Assembly: GCA_963706575.1 (NCBI GenBank)
Contig: CAVPNL010000003.1
Span: forward strand, 96,001 to 160,000
Direction of reading: 5' to 3'
DNA: 64,000 bases
Source of the DNA: an uncultured delta proteobacterium
Lineage (GTDB): Bacteria > Desulfobacterota > Desulfobacteria > Desulfobacterales > JAHEIW01
Part shown: piece by piece, positions 10,089 to 20,170 of the stretch
Position numbering within the stretch: the first letter of the stretch is position 1
Layout: every line of letters starts with the position of its first letter
Notes under the pieces: generated by a model
The model's database searches: none
What the model saw: only the letters and a program-made list of their open reading frames with translations
What the model was told of the DNA's origin: nothing
Translations under genes and position numbers: made by a program

Positions 10089-10748
10089 ATGAGATTGATT
10101 GCGCCCTCGATACTTTCTGCCGATTTTTCAAAGCTTGGAGATGAAATCAAGGCCGTCGAAGCTGCCGGTGCAGACTGGATACATGCCGACGTCATGGACG
10201 GTCACTTTGTACCCAACATTACCATCGGACCGCTGATCGTCGAAGCGGTGAAGCGTGTAACGGACCTTCCGATCGATGTGCACTTGATGATCGAAAATCC
10301 GGATAACTATATCTCCGCGTTTGCCGAAGCCGGAGCCTCCCATATTTCGGTTCAGGTTGAAACCTGCATCCATCTTAACCGCACGGTTCAGCTAATTAAG
10401 GATTGCGGTGCACAGGCAGGGGTTGTTCTGAATCCTTCCACGCCTTTGGCAAATCTTGAGTGGGTCCTTGAGGATGTCGACTATGTTCTGATTATGAGTG
10501 TCAACCCCGGCTTTGGCGGCCAGGCATTTATTCCCAGCAGCCTTGATAAAATCAAAGCATTGCGACAACAGATTCAGGATCGGGGACTATCGGTTCTAAT
10601 CCAAGTTGACGGCGGGGTTAATGAAAAAACCATTTCACAAATCGCTTCCGCCGGTACAGATGTATTTGTAGCCGGCTCGGCCATTTTCGGCAGCAAGGAC
10701 TATCAAAAGACCATTCAAAGTTTCCGCCAGAAAATAAGCGAACATTAG
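10089..10748 (+). CDS. rpe: Ribulose-phosphate 3-epimerase
   Basis: [32 protein letters not shown] and VDGG motifs. Confidence 0.97.
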   Translation: MRLIAPSILSADFSKLGDEIKAVEAAGADWIHADVMDGHFVPNITIGPLIVEAVKRVTDLPIDVHLMIENPDNYISAFAEAGASHISVQVETCIHLNRTVQLIKDCGAQAGVVLNPSTPLANLEWVLEDVDYVLIMSVNPGFGGQAFIPSSLDKIKALRQQIQDRGLSVLIQVDGGVNEKTISQIASAGTDVFVAGSAIFGSKDYQKTIQSFRQKISEH

Positions 10749-10928
10749 GCTTTAACAGTTCTCAGGATTCAATGACAAATTCCCGGCAAATTAATCTGCC
10801 TCATTTTTTGCAGATGTCGCCCCCGTCGGATAACCGCTCCAAAACTTACCGCGTCAAACAAAACAGGCAGGGTTTATTTTTACCCTGCCTGTAGGAACGT
10901 GAATCCGCAGTTCAAATTTTGTCGGCGG

Positions 10929-11177
10929 TTATGAAGCTTTTTTCCCCAGAAAAACACTGCACCATTTATAGACCCGCGCCCAGGCGCTGCGGCGTTCTCC
11001 GGATAGACGCCGCTCTCTACCTTTGCGGCGCTCATCGCCTCCCTCGGTAAAGTAATCCAGGTTGTATAGCTTACGCTTGTCTTCACCGGAGCGCCGATCG
11101 ACCAGCGAGCGTCTCATAGGGGATTTTGAGATTGCTTTCTTGAGATCAGCTTCTTTTATGTTGTCAATATTTTCCAT
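10929..11177 (-). CDS. Small Arg-rich hypothetical protein with DRR/ERR repeats
   Basis: 82 aa, ATG start; RRSLVDRRSGEDKR and ERRKGRERRLSGERRS. Confidence 0.65.
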   Translation of the reverse strand: MENIDNIKEADLKKAISKSPMRRSLVDRRSGEDKRKLYNLDYFTEGGDERRKGRERRLSGERRSAWARVYKWCSVFLGKKAS

Positions 11178-11392
11178 GGCACATTATTCAGATTGAATAT
11201 CGGTGGGGAGATTTCATATCCATAATGGCCCGCTATCTTGTAAGCCACTATAAACTAAACAAAATATTATGTCAAATCCTGACATAAAAAATGAATCAAA
11301 ATCATTATAGTGGACAAAAGAAGCATAAAGTAATAATCTTATACCTAAGTTGAGCGTTACAAATTTTAAAAATAAAAATATAAAAAGCACTG

Positions 11393-11896
11393 ATGGAAGG
11401 AAAAAGCTCACTAATACAGGGCCTGCCCCTTATCACCGTAATCTTAGCGCTGCTGCTTTTTATTATTTTTCGAGTGGTATCTCGCTTTAAAAAGCAGGCC
11501 CTTGGAGATACCGGCGGAAAAAACCTGCCCCATTTTCAGGTGGAAGTAAAAGCTAAAGAAGATCAACCCGAACGAATTCAGCTCAAATGCCCCGCCTTAA
11601 TCGATAAATCCAAAGGGGTGATGAAAGTCGGTATAAAAGAACTCACTACAAACGGCGCCTTTGTCACCTGCCCCAATCCATTTCCGGTCGGAGAATCTTT
11701 TCCGATAAGGATTTTATTAGATGACCATGACCCGCAAACGTTCAATGCAGAGGTGGTGTGGAACAATCAAAACGTCCTTGAAGAAGAAATCGTGACCCGC
11801 GGAATGAAAGTTCGGTTTCTGAAGTTATCTGAAAGTGATCGAAAAGCGATTAATGAGATTATGACACTCGGCCGGCAGGCCAAAGCCCTCTCCTAA
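11393..11896 (+). CDS. Membrane-anchored PilZ-domain protein (degenerate c-di-GMP motifs)
   Basis: N-terminal TM; R.QLKCPA...ELTTNGAFV...AEVVW...GMKVRF PilZ pattern. Confidence 0.75.
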   Translation: MEGKSSLIQGLPLITVILALLLFIIFRVVSRFKKQALGDTGGKNLPHFQVEVKAKEDQPERIQLKCPALIDKSKGVMKVGIKELTTNGAFVTCPNPFPVGESFPIRILLDDHDPQTFNAEVVWNNQNVLEEEIVTRGMKVRFLKLSESDRKAINEIMTLGRQAKALS

Positions 11897-12062
11897 TTCT
11901 ATACCAATAGACGCTCCAACCTATTTTGCCCCTAATTCTTATATTCCTGCAAAATTTTAAGTAGGTCTATCATAGACCGCGAAATGGAATTTTTCCTTAT
12001 TATAAAATCCTTATTCTAGCATATCAGCCAACAATAAATCTAATGTCTTGCCAAAATATTGC

Positions 12063-12112
12063 TTGACAGGGAGACAAATTGCCATTAAATTATGACTGAC
12101 CAGTCGGTCATA
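12063..12112 (+). promoter_or_regulatory. Sigma70 promoter with TetR-type operator palindrome
   Basis: TTGACA (12063)-17 bp-TAAATT (12086), followed by TATGACTGAC-CA-GTCGGTCATA (12091-12112, one mismatch). Confidence 0.75.
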
Positions 12113-12200
12113 ACATTTCTATAAACTAAATTTTTATTTTTTATATTTTATTTTCAAATAGTTAATCTTCGACTACTTAGTCAGTTAAAGGAGATGATTT

Positions 12201-12809
12201 TTGAACACCAACGCCAGTGTTCGCAGTAAAAAGAAAGAACAAATCATTGAAGCGGCCGCCCGGGTTTTTTCCCGCAGCGGCTATTCCAATACCGTGGTCG
12301 CCGATATCGCCCTGCAGGCCAATATCGGTAAAGGAACCGTATATGAGTATTTCAATAGCAAAGAAGACCTGTTTTTTGCGGTGTTCGAGTGGTTTCAAAA
12401 AAAAACCGAGAAGGCCGCAGTGGTTGGCATCTCCGCCCTTGGGGGCGGTGCAGCCGACCGCCTGAAGGCTTTAAATGAAAGTCTGATGGGACAGTGGAGT
12501 GAGATCAAAGATGTGTTTGTGCTGGTTATGGAATTCTGGTCAGCTTCCTGTTCGACCCAAATGCGCCAGCGATTCAAAGGTGCCTTTAAACAGCTTTATG
12601 ATGATTACCGCCAGTTTGTGGCTGCGTTGATCCAGGATGGAATCAACAGCGGAGAATTCCGTTCGGATGTCAACCCCGAGCCGGTGGCGGCGGCATTAGT
12701 GGGTACCTGGGATGCCCTCTTCCTGCAGGCCTGGTTTGACGACGGCTTTGATCCCGCTGCAACCGCAAATGATTTTCTGGATACCCTGCTGCGCGGATTG
12801 GCTGCATAG
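12201..12809 (+). CDS. TetR/AcrR family transcriptional regulator
   Basis: IIEAAARVFSRSGY...VADIA...IGKGTVYEYFNSKEDLF helix-turn-helix. Confidence 0.95.
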   Translation: MNTNASVRSKKKEQIIEAAARVFSRSGYSNTVVADIALQANIGKGTVYEYFNSKEDLFFAVFEWFQKKTEKAAVVGISALGGGAADRLKALNESLMGQWSEIKDVFVLVMEFWSASCSTQMRQRFKGAFKQLYDDYRQFVAALIQDGINSGEFRSDVNPEPVAAALVGTWDALFLQAWFDDGFDPAATANDFLDTLLRGLAA

Positions 12810-12830
12810 AACTGATAAAAGGAATATAAA

Positions 12831-13592
12831 ATGACGCCAAGAGCGATCAAATTAATTATTCTGATCCTGTTTCCCACCCTGGCATTCATATCACCCTGCC
12901 CTGCCCAAGACGCCGATGAAATTGTCACGGCAGGCTTTCATTACTGGCGGGGCAAGGCCTCCATCGCTACCGTTAAGATGTTAATCCACCGTGAAGATTG
13001 GGAGCGGTCCATGACCATAAAGGCATGGACCCGGGGGCAAAAAGACAGCCTGTTTTATATTGCCGCACCGCCAAAGGACTACGGCAACGGCACCTTGAAA
13101 AAAGACCGCGAAATGTGGATTTACAATCCCAAGGTCAACCGCGTGGTCAAAGTTCCCCCTTCCATGATGAGCCAGTCCTGGATGGGATCGGACTTTTCAA
13201 ATAACGACCTGGCAAAATCTGACAGCCTGCTGCAGGATTACCATCATTCCATCATCGGAACCGAGACCCATGAAGGCAAAACGGTCTATATCATCAAATC
13301 CATGCCCAAACCCGACGCACCGGTGGTTTGGGGCATGCAGCACCTTAAAATTCGCGAGGATCAGATCTGGCTGAGCGAGGAATTTTTTGACGAGAACCTC
13401 CAGCCGGTTAAAATCATGACCGCCATGGAAATTCAGATGCTGGGTGGCAAGTTATTTCCCAGAGTATGGCGAATGCGAAATGTCGACGAGCAGGACCGCT
13501 ACACGCAACTGACCTATGAATCTCTGGAATTCAAATCCGGTTTGCCGGACCGTCTGTTTACCTTGAGCAGTCTGAAGCAGCGCAGGAGGTAA
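12831..13592 (+). CDS. Outer-membrane lipoprotein-sorting (LolA-like) periplasmic protein
   Basis: Signal peptide; MWIYNPKVNRVVK...SWMGSDFSNNDL signature. Confidence 0.85.
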   Translation: MTPRAIKLIILILFPTLAFISPCPAQDADEIVTAGFHYWRGKASIATVKMLIHREDWERSMTIKAWTRGQKDSLFYIAAPPKDYGNGTLKKDREMWIYNPKVNRVVKVPPSMMSQSWMGSDFSNNDLAKSDSLLQDYHHSIIGTETHEGKTVYIIKSMPKPDAPVVWGMQHLKIREDQIWLSEEFFDENLQPVKIMTAMEIQMLGGKLFPRVWRMRNVDEQDRYTQLTYESLEFKSGLPDRLFTLSSLKQRRR

Positions 13593-13596
13593 CGCT

Positions 13597-14835
13597 TTGT
13601 CCATCGAAACCATTATGGCCTGGCGCAATATCTGGCGCAATTCCCGTCGCACCGTCTTAACCGTGTGCGCCATCACATTTGCCACTGTTTTGTTGGTGTT
13701 TATGCTGTCCTTTCAGTTTGGCAGCTATGAAACCATGATAAACACGTCGGTGAAGATCAGCACCGGACACCTGCAGGTTCAGGCCGAAAAATACCAGGAA
13801 AAAAAGAGCATCCGGTTTGTCATTCCCGAACCCCGGGTTATTGCCGACATTGTGGATCAAATTCCTGAGGTGGCCGCCTATACATTCAGAGGGCAGGCAT
13901 TTTCACTCATTTCTTCAAAAGATAGAACTTACGGGGTGGTGGTGACCGGAATCGATCCGCAAAAAGAGGTAAATGTCTCCAGAATAAAAAAATTGGTTCA
14001 GGCCGGAAATTTTTTAGCGGCAGACGATGTCAACCAGGCGCTGGTGGGCAAGTTGTTAGCGAAAAATCTGCGCGTGACGATCGGTGATGAACTGACATTG
14101 CTCGGTCAGGGACGGGACGGATCAATTGGCGCTACCGTGGTTCAGGTGAAAGGGATATTCCGCTCGGGTATCGATGAATTTGACCGCTCAGCGATGCAAA
14201 TCCCGCTGTCCACCTTTCAGGAGACCTTCAGCATGGAGGAGGCCGTGCATGAAGTGGTGGTCATCGGAAAATCATTATCGGATGTATCCAGGATAAAGGC
14301 TCAATTAAAAGCCGCTCTTTTAGTTCACAACAACGGCAAACCTTTAAAAACCTTGGACTGGCAGGAACTGATGCCGGGTTTGCGGCAGGCGATTGAAATG
14401 GATCTGGTCAGCGGGCTGATTATTTATGGCATTTTGATCATCGTAGTGGCATTCAGCATTTTAAATACCTTTCTAATGGCGATTTTTGAGCGCACAAAGG
14501 AATTCGGTGTGATGATGGCCATGGGAACAACTCCCCGGCGTTTAACCAAAATACTGCTAATCGAATCCATGAGCATGACCCTGATCGGCATCATCACCGG
14601 TATTTGTATCGGAATCGGGATTACCACCTATTTTCAGATTCACGGCATTGATTTTTCCGGGGGATCGGAGCTGTTGAGTCAATTCGGCATCACCGGCCGA
14701 ATGTATCCGAAACTATCGTTGCTGTCGGTCTCAATCGGCCCGTTTATGGTGCTGTTTTTCACCTTTTTTGCGGCTTTATATCCGGCCCTGAAGGTTCGCC
14801 GGCTGCGACCCGTGGAGGCCATGACAGCCATATAG
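13597..14835 (+). CDS. ABC transporter permease, FtsX/LolE/MacB family
   Basis: AWRNIWRNSRRT; ILNTFLMAIFERTKEFG; YPALKV.RL.PVEAM. Confidence 0.93.
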   Translation: MSIETIMAWRNIWRNSRRTVLTVCAITFATVLLVFMLSFQFGSYETMINTSVKISTGHLQVQAEKYQEKKSIRFVIPEPRVIADIVDQIPEVAAYTFRGQAFSLISSKDRTYGVVVTGIDPQKEVNVSRIKKLVQAGNFLAADDVNQALVGKLLAKNLRVTIGDELTLLGQGRDGSIGATVVQVKGIFRSGIDEFDRSAMQIPLSTFQETFSMEEAVHEVVVIGKSLSDVSRIKAQLKAALLVHNNGKPLKTLDWQELMPGLRQAIEMDLVSGLIIYGILIIVVAFSILNTFLMAIFERTKEFGVMMAMGTTPRRLTKILLIESMSMTLIGIITGICIGIGITTYFQIHGIDFSGGSELLSQFGITGRMYPKLSLLSVSIGPFMVLFFTFFAALYPALKVRRLRPVEAMTAI

Positions 14836-14871
14836 AATGCGGAAGTCGGAATGGGGAATGGGGACATTTTT

Positions 14872-14952
14872 TACCACAGAGAACACAGAGTCCGCAGAGA
14901 TAGATAATAAATTAAATAAAAAGACTCCGTGATCTCTGTGAGCTCTGTGGTT
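14872..14952. repeat. Hairpin element with CACAGAG 9-mer arms
   Basis: ACCACAGAGAACACAGAG...CTCCGTGATCTCTGTGAGCTCTGTGGT; related element at 45755-45839. Confidence 0.65.
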
Positions 14953-14965
14953 CAAATTACTTTTA

Positions 14966-15012
14966 ATTTTAGGCATTTTAGATCATTTTAGTAACTTTAC
15001 ACTTTAGGCATT
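14966..15012. repeat. TTTTAGGCA-type tandem repeat arm
   Basis: TTTTAGGCATTTTAGATCATTTTAG...TTTAGGCATT; the same units occur at 16248-16375 and 55580-55752. Confidence 0.7.
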
Positions 15013-15016
15013 TTTT

Positions 15017-16240
15017 ATGTATCTACAACTCGCATGGCGAAATATCTGGCGAAATCCCCGGCGCACAACTGTCATATTGGCGGCAGTGATCATCGGGGTG
15101 TGGAGCATGATTTTTCTGGGTGCCCTGATGCGTGGGATTGCGATGGGTATGGTGAAAAACGGGATCGCAACGCTCACCGGCCATATTCAGATTCACCACA
15201 AAGGCTATCGCGATGATCCGGCCATTGAAAACAGCATGTTCGATCGCCAGGTTGTTGAAAAGGCATTGAGCGAAAGCTTACCCCGCCGGGCGCACTGGAC
15301 CAGCCGCGTGCGCGTAAATGCCATTGCCAACAACGCCAGACATTCAAGCGGCGTAACCATGGTGGGTATTGATTCCCTGGCGGAGGCAAAAATTTCATTT
15401 ATTGGCTCAGCCATTTCCAAAGGAGGCTACCTGGCTCAAGGCGATTCAAACGGCATCCTTATCGGGCAAGCCTTGCTGGAGAAGTTTGAGACCAAAGTCG
15501 GGCGCAAACTGGTGCTGATGTCCCAGGATAAGGCGCAGGAAATTGCATCCCGGGCCTTTCGTATTGTCGGTGTGTTCAGAGCGGAAATGGAATCCACCGA
15601 GAAGCAATTTGTATTTGTTTCCCGGTCAGCCGGTCAGAAAATGCTCAAATTGGGCCATGGCATCTCGGAAATCGCCATTCTTTTAGCCGATGGTTACGAA
15701 AACCGCGATGTCTACAATAAATTAAAAGCCGCCCTGCCCGCAGACCAATTCGAGGTCCATAGCTGGCGGGAACTGCTGCCTTTCCAGACCGCATATTTAA
15801 GGATACTCGATGGATTTATGTGGTTCTGGTTTTTGGTGGTTTTTGTGGCCATGGGATTCGGCATCGTCAATACAACACTTATGGCTGTATTCGAGCGCAT
15901 GCGAGAGTTTGGCTTGATGAAGGCCCTGGGAATGAAACCCTGGTGGATTCTGCGGGAGGTCCTGGTGGAATCCTTTCTACTTTTGATCTGCGGCCTGATC
16001 GTCGGTAATTTTTTGGGCTTCTTAAGTATTTTCGCCCTATCCGGTAGTGGTATTGACCTTTCCGCCCTGGCAGCCGGCGCCGAATATGCCGGCATGGCGC
16101 GCATCATCTACCCGGCCATTGCGGTCAAGGACGTTCTGGTGGCGAACTTAACAGTGTTATTGCTGGGTCTATTGGTGAGCCTCTATCCGGCCATAAAGGC
16201 TTCTCGTTTTACGCCGGTAGAAGCCTTAACGCATACTTAA
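15017..16240 (+). CDS. ABC transporter permease, FtsX/LolE/MacB family (second copy)
   Basis: AWRNIWRNPRRT; IVNTTLMAVFERMREFG; YPAIKASRFTPVEAL. Confidence 0.93.
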   Translation: MYLQLAWRNIWRNPRRTTVILAAVIIGVWSMIFLGALMRGIAMGMVKNGIATLTGHIQIHHKGYRDDPAIENSMFDRQVVEKALSESLPRRAHWTSRVRVNAIANNARHSSGVTMVGIDSLAEAKISFIGSAISKGGYLAQGDSNGILIGQALLEKFETKVGRKLVLMSQDKAQEIASRAFRIVGVFRAEMESTEKQFVFVSRSAGQKMLKLGHGISEIAILLADGYENRDVYNKLKAALPADQFEVHSWRELLPFQTAYLRILDGFMWFWFLVVFVAMGFGIVNTTLMAVFERMREFGLMKALGMKPWWILREVLVESFLLLICGLIVGNFLGFLSIFALSGSGIDLSALAAGAEYAGMARIIYPAIAVKDVLVANLTVLLLGLLVSLYPAIKASRFTPVEALTHT

Positions 16241-16247
16241 TTTTGGG

Positions 16248-16375
16248 AAATGCCTAAATTGCCTAAAATGAGCTAAAATGAACTAAAATTAGAAATCCTT
16301 TCGTCGTCATTACTATGTATGGAGAATATGTTTTTATTTTAGGCAGTTTAAATTATAGTCATTTTAGGCATTTGT
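16248..16375. repeat. Hairpin element with TGCCTAAAA/TTTTAGGCA tandem arms
   Basis: ATGCCTAAATTGCCTAAAATGAGCTAAAATGAACTAAAA...TTTTAGGCAG...CATTTTAGGCATT. Confidence 0.72.
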
Positions 16376-16435
16376 AAATATTATCTGAGAAATAACTTTA
16401 AATTGCGCATTTTCCAATTAGCAAGGAGTTTTTAA

Positions 16436-17122
16436 ATGAACATAGTGAAATGTGTCGATGTCACCAAGAGTTATCAGCAGGGTCAGGTAACGGTTCAGGC
16501 ATTAAAGGATATCAGCTTGCAAATCGAGAAAGGGGAATTTTTAGCCGTGGCCGGGCCCTCCGGATCCGGCAAGACGACCCTCTTGAATATGATCGGCGGT
16601 CTGGATCTGCTGGATTCGGGCAGTATTTTTGTGGACGGCGAGGCCTTTGAAAGCATGTCCCAATCCCAGCTGGCCAATTTAAGGCTGCATAAAATCGGAT
16701 TTGTCTTCCAAGCCTATAACCTGATCCCGGTGCTTTCGGCCATCGAAAACGTTGAATATGTGATGTTGCTGCAAGGACTGCCTTCCCAGGAACGCAGAGC
16801 AAAGTCCAGGGCCATACTCGACGAAGTTGGGCTTGAAGGAAAATACCATCGCCGGCCGGCGGAACTGTCCGGTGGGCAGCAGCAACGTGTCGCCGTTGCC
16901 AGGGCCATTGTCTCCAATCCGGCGATTGTTCTGGCGGATGAGCCCACCGCCAACCTGGACTCAAAAACCGGTCAGGGATTGCTGGAAATGATGAAACAGA
17001 TGAATGCCGAAAAACAGATTACCTTTATTTTTTCAACCCATGACCGCATGGTCATGGAATATGCGCGGCGGCTGGTAAAATTAAGGGATGGTCGCCTGGT
17101 GGATGATCAGGCTAAATGTTAA
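16436..17122 (+). CDS. ABC transporter ATP-binding protein (LolD-like)
   Basis: GPSGSGKT, LSGGQQQRVAVAR, LADEPTANLD and STHD motifs. Confidence 0.96.
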   Translation: MNIVKCVDVTKSYQQGQVTVQALKDISLQIEKGEFLAVAGPSGSGKTTLLNMIGGLDLLDSGSIFVDGEAFESMSQSQLANLRLHKIGFVFQAYNLIPVLSAIENVEYVMLLQGLPSQERRAKSRAILDEVGLEGKYHRRPAELSGGQQQRVAVARAIVSNPAIVLADEPTANLDSKTGQGLLEMMKQMNAEKQITFIFSTHDRMVMEYARRLVKLRDGRLVDDQAKC

Positions 17123-17207
17123 TTTTAGCCGCAGACTCACCCAGACAGCCGCAAATATTTTAGCCGATTGAACTGCTCGGCCAAAAATAGTTGATCGCTC
17201 CAACGCT

Positions 17208-17269
17208 TCGTGGCTGGAAGCCACTCCCACATTCGCATTGTAAACAGTGGGAGCGGCATCTTGCCGCGA
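17208..17269. repeat. Inverted pair of GTGG-type REP-like sequences
   Basis: TCGTGGCTGGAAGCCACTCCCACA (17208-17231) and GTGGGAGCGGCATCTTGCCGCGA (17247-17269). Confidence 0.6.
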
Positions 17270-17284
17270 CAGGCATGTAATTAT

Positions 17285-18670
17285 ATGAAGCCATCCTGTT
17301 TAATAAGAACTGTAGCCTTTATCTATATAGCTTTATTCGTAATTGTTGGATTCGATAGCTTGAATAGCAACACCTACCCTGTCGAAAAGCCGATTTCGCA
17401 TGATCCGGCATCTTCTCCGAGATCATGGATAGATCAAATCGATATGCACTGGGGAGGGCGCTTAAAGGCGATAGGCTCTGCCACGTTTGCCAGGGATGAC
17501 ACCATCTTTGAACCCGTCGATACCGGGACCTATTTGAATCTGGATACCGATCTGAGGATAAATAATGACACCTTCTTGGGGGATTGGGGCCACCTTGAAA
17601 CCCAGTATGAAGCCATCCTGGTAGGCGGTAAAGCTCGAGAAAAGAGCCAGGATTTAAGAAAAATATTCCCCAATTTTGAAGGCAGTACCGTGTTTTTGGG
17701 GGCATCGTTAAAGGACGATCGCCGTTTGCTGGATTTAACCCACACCATCAAAGAAGAAAACAGCTATATTCTGGCTCAGCGCCTGGACCGATTGAACTTT
17801 ACGTTCAAGCCCGGCTGGGGATCGGTTCGCATCGGACGCCAGGCTATTACCTGGGGAAATGGCCTGATATTTAATCCCATGGATTTATTTAATCCCTTTC
17901 CGCCGGCCGATATCCAACGCGATTACAAAGTTGGCGACGATATGGCGCTGGCCCAAATTGCGCTTCCCTATTCCGCCGATCTCCAGTTATTATATGTGTT
18001 CAGACGTGATCCGGATACAAATAATTTAGAAGCTGACCGGAATTCCCTGGCTGGTCTGCTTCATTTTGCCTCAGGAACCACCGAGTTTGATATAATGGCC
18101 ACCCGGCATTTTGATGATTATGTGGTCGGTTTAGGCAGCTCCGGCATCTGGGGAGGAGCGGCCTGGCGGCTGGATGCCACCGCCACTTTTCTGGACGATG
18201 GTCAAGGCAAAAACACCCAAAACTATCTATCGGGTGTCGCCAATATCGATTATTCCTGGATCTGGTGGGAAAAAAATTTTTACGGGCTGTTGGAATATTA
18301 TTACAACGGCCTGGGGGAGAGTGATTATCCCGGTGCTTTATCCAACCCCGATATTGCCAATCGATTGGCCCGCGGAGAATTATTTGTCCTCGGCAAACAC
18401 TATTTGAGCGCTGAAATCCAGATGGAACTGCACCCGCTGTTTAAGATATTTTTTGGCAGCATCAACAATATGCATGATCCTTCCGGAATCTTGCAGCCCC
18501 GGGCGGTCTGGAATGTGACCCAGAACCTGGAAATGAAAATCGGCGCCAATATTTTTTACGGCGACAACGGCAATCCGGGCTCTGAATTCGGTGGCTTTAT
18601 CATCCCGGAAACCAATATCCACAGCCGCAGTCCGGATAATGCCTATCTTTGGTTTAACTATTACTTCTAA
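17285..18670 (+). CDS. Putative outer-membrane beta-barrel protein
   Basis: Signal-like N-terminus; RIGRQAITWGNGLIFNPMDLF; amphipathic strands; C-terminal YLWFNYYF. ATG at 17285 chosen because 17210 lies inside the REP pair. Confidence 0.75.
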   Translation: MKPSCLIRTVAFIYIALFVIVGFDSLNSNTYPVEKPISHDPASSPRSWIDQIDMHWGGRLKAIGSATFARDDTIFEPVDTGTYLNLDTDLRINNDTFLGDWGHLETQYEAILVGGKAREKSQDLRKIFPNFEGSTVFLGASLKDDRRLLDLTHTIKEENSYILAQRLDRLNFTFKPGWGSVRIGRQAITWGNGLIFNPMDLFNPFPPADIQRDYKVGDDMALAQIALPYSADLQLLYVFRRDPDTNNLEADRNSLAGLLHFASGTTEFDIMATRHFDDYVVGLGSSGIWGGAAWRLDATATFLDDGQGKNTQNYLSGVANIDYSWIWWEKNFYGLLEYYYNGLGESDYPGALSNPDIANRLARGELFVLGKHYLSAEIQMELHPLFKIFFGSINNMHDPSGILQPRAVWNVTQNLEMKIGANIFYGDNGNPGSEFGGFIIPETNIHSRSPDNAYLWFNYYF

Positions 18671-18973
18671 TTTTTCTGAAACAAATTCAGGAAAATTCAT
18701 CTGAACAGTAGGCAATCTCTGGCAACAAACCGACTCGGCGTGCCTTTTTAATCCTTCCAGACCGCTTCTTCACCCATTTCCTAAACGTCGATAATTATGA
18801 TATAATTTTAAGATATATCTAATTGTATTAACCAGCGCTTTGCCGTTAAGACATTTTACAGAAATAAATATTAAATTACCTTAGTACTGTTTCTGCATTC
18901 CATAGCGCATGCCCATGCCATCTACACCGAGCCGTTTGACGCTCGATCGGCGTAATAGCTTAATAAGCTGATA

Positions 18974-20104
18974 ATGTTTATGAAAGAACTGACGATAATT
19001 GGATCTTTAATCACCGACCAGGAGTACAGCCACAACAAGATTATCCTGGAAGCACTTAAAAATTGTGAATGGGGCATTAAAGACTGCTCGATCCGATCAA
19101 TAAAAATATCCCCGAAGTTGCCGTTTTTTCTTCGGCTCCTGGGGATAATAGCCATAATTCCACTACAATGGATCCTCATTTTCTATAAGTATATACTGAA
19201 TCATCCAACACAAGTTTTATTCATACCTTATCCTGCGCATGCGTATGCGCCACTGGTTTGGTTCCTTTCGCGTTTTAGCGATAAGATAATCATAATCGAT
19301 GCATTCTTTGGCCTTTACGATACCATCGTAAATGACAGAGGCCTGGTAAAACGCGGCGGTTTTATTGCTCGAACGATATACCGATATGAAAAATGGCTGT
19401 TTCGCAACGTGGATATTGCGTTACTTGACACACCTGTGCATAGCAAGAGAGTCCGGCACGATATGGGGATTACGACAACACGTATTACGCATGTCCCCGT
19501 GGGCATCGATGAGTCCATCTGGTATCCGGCCACTCCCAATCAAAATGAGGCTGAATTCAATGTGCTTTTCTGGAGCACGTTTATTCCGCTACATGGAGTT
19601 GAGGTAATCGCATACGCCGCCAAGCTGATTGAAGCATATGACAGGAAAATCGAATTCACTGTTATCGGCACGGGACAGCTCGCCCCGATGTTTAAAAAAC
19701 TGCTTAATGAACTCCAGCCGTCAAATCTTCGATGGATCCATCAATTCATTTCCATGGCGGAGATAAGAAAGCATGTCGAAGCATCCCACTGCTGTCTGGG
19801 AATTTTCGGAAAAAGCGCAAAAGCCGATTCAGTTATTCCATATAAAGTCCACCAAACCTTGGCTTCGGGCAAACCTCTTATAACGGCGGCCACCAGGGCC
19901 AGCACCTATTATTTAAAGAACGGAAAACATTCGATCCTGATCCCACCGGGAAATCCCCGGGCGCTTGCCGAAGCAATTCGAAATCTTAAAAACGATCCGG
20001 CATTGGCAATGCGCATCGGCCGCAACGGCCGGCTTCTTTATGAGAAACGATTTTCCAATCAGGTGATTGTCGATAAACTGCAAAATCTACTGGATACCCT
20101 TTAG
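18974..20104 (+). CDS. Glycosyltransferase family 4
   Basis: FIPLHGVEVI, LGIFG.S.KA..VIPYKV..TLASGKPLI and PPGNPRALAEAI GT-B motifs. Confidence 0.88.
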   Translation: MFMKELTIIGSLITDQEYSHNKIILEALKNCEWGIKDCSIRSIKISPKLPFFLRLLGIIAIIPLQWILIFYKYILNHPTQVLFIPYPAHAYAPLVWFLSRFSDKIIIIDAFFGLYDTIVNDRGLVKRGGFIARTIYRYEKWLFRNVDIALLDTPVHSKRVRHDMGITTTRITHVPVGIDESIWYPATPNQNEAEFNVLFWSTFIPLHGVEVIAYAAKLIEAYDRKIEFTVIGTGQLAPMFKKLLNELQPSNLRWIHQFISMAEIRKHVEASHCCLGIFGKSAKADSVIPYKVHQTLASGKPLITAATRASTYYLKNGKHSILIPPGNPRALAEAIRNLKNDPALAMRIGRNGRLLYEKRFSNQVIVDKLQNLLDTL

Positions 20105-20170
20105 ATAATTCACAGCTGTTATCTAGGGTACTAACGGACCATACGTATTTCAATCAATACAAGAGGAAAA

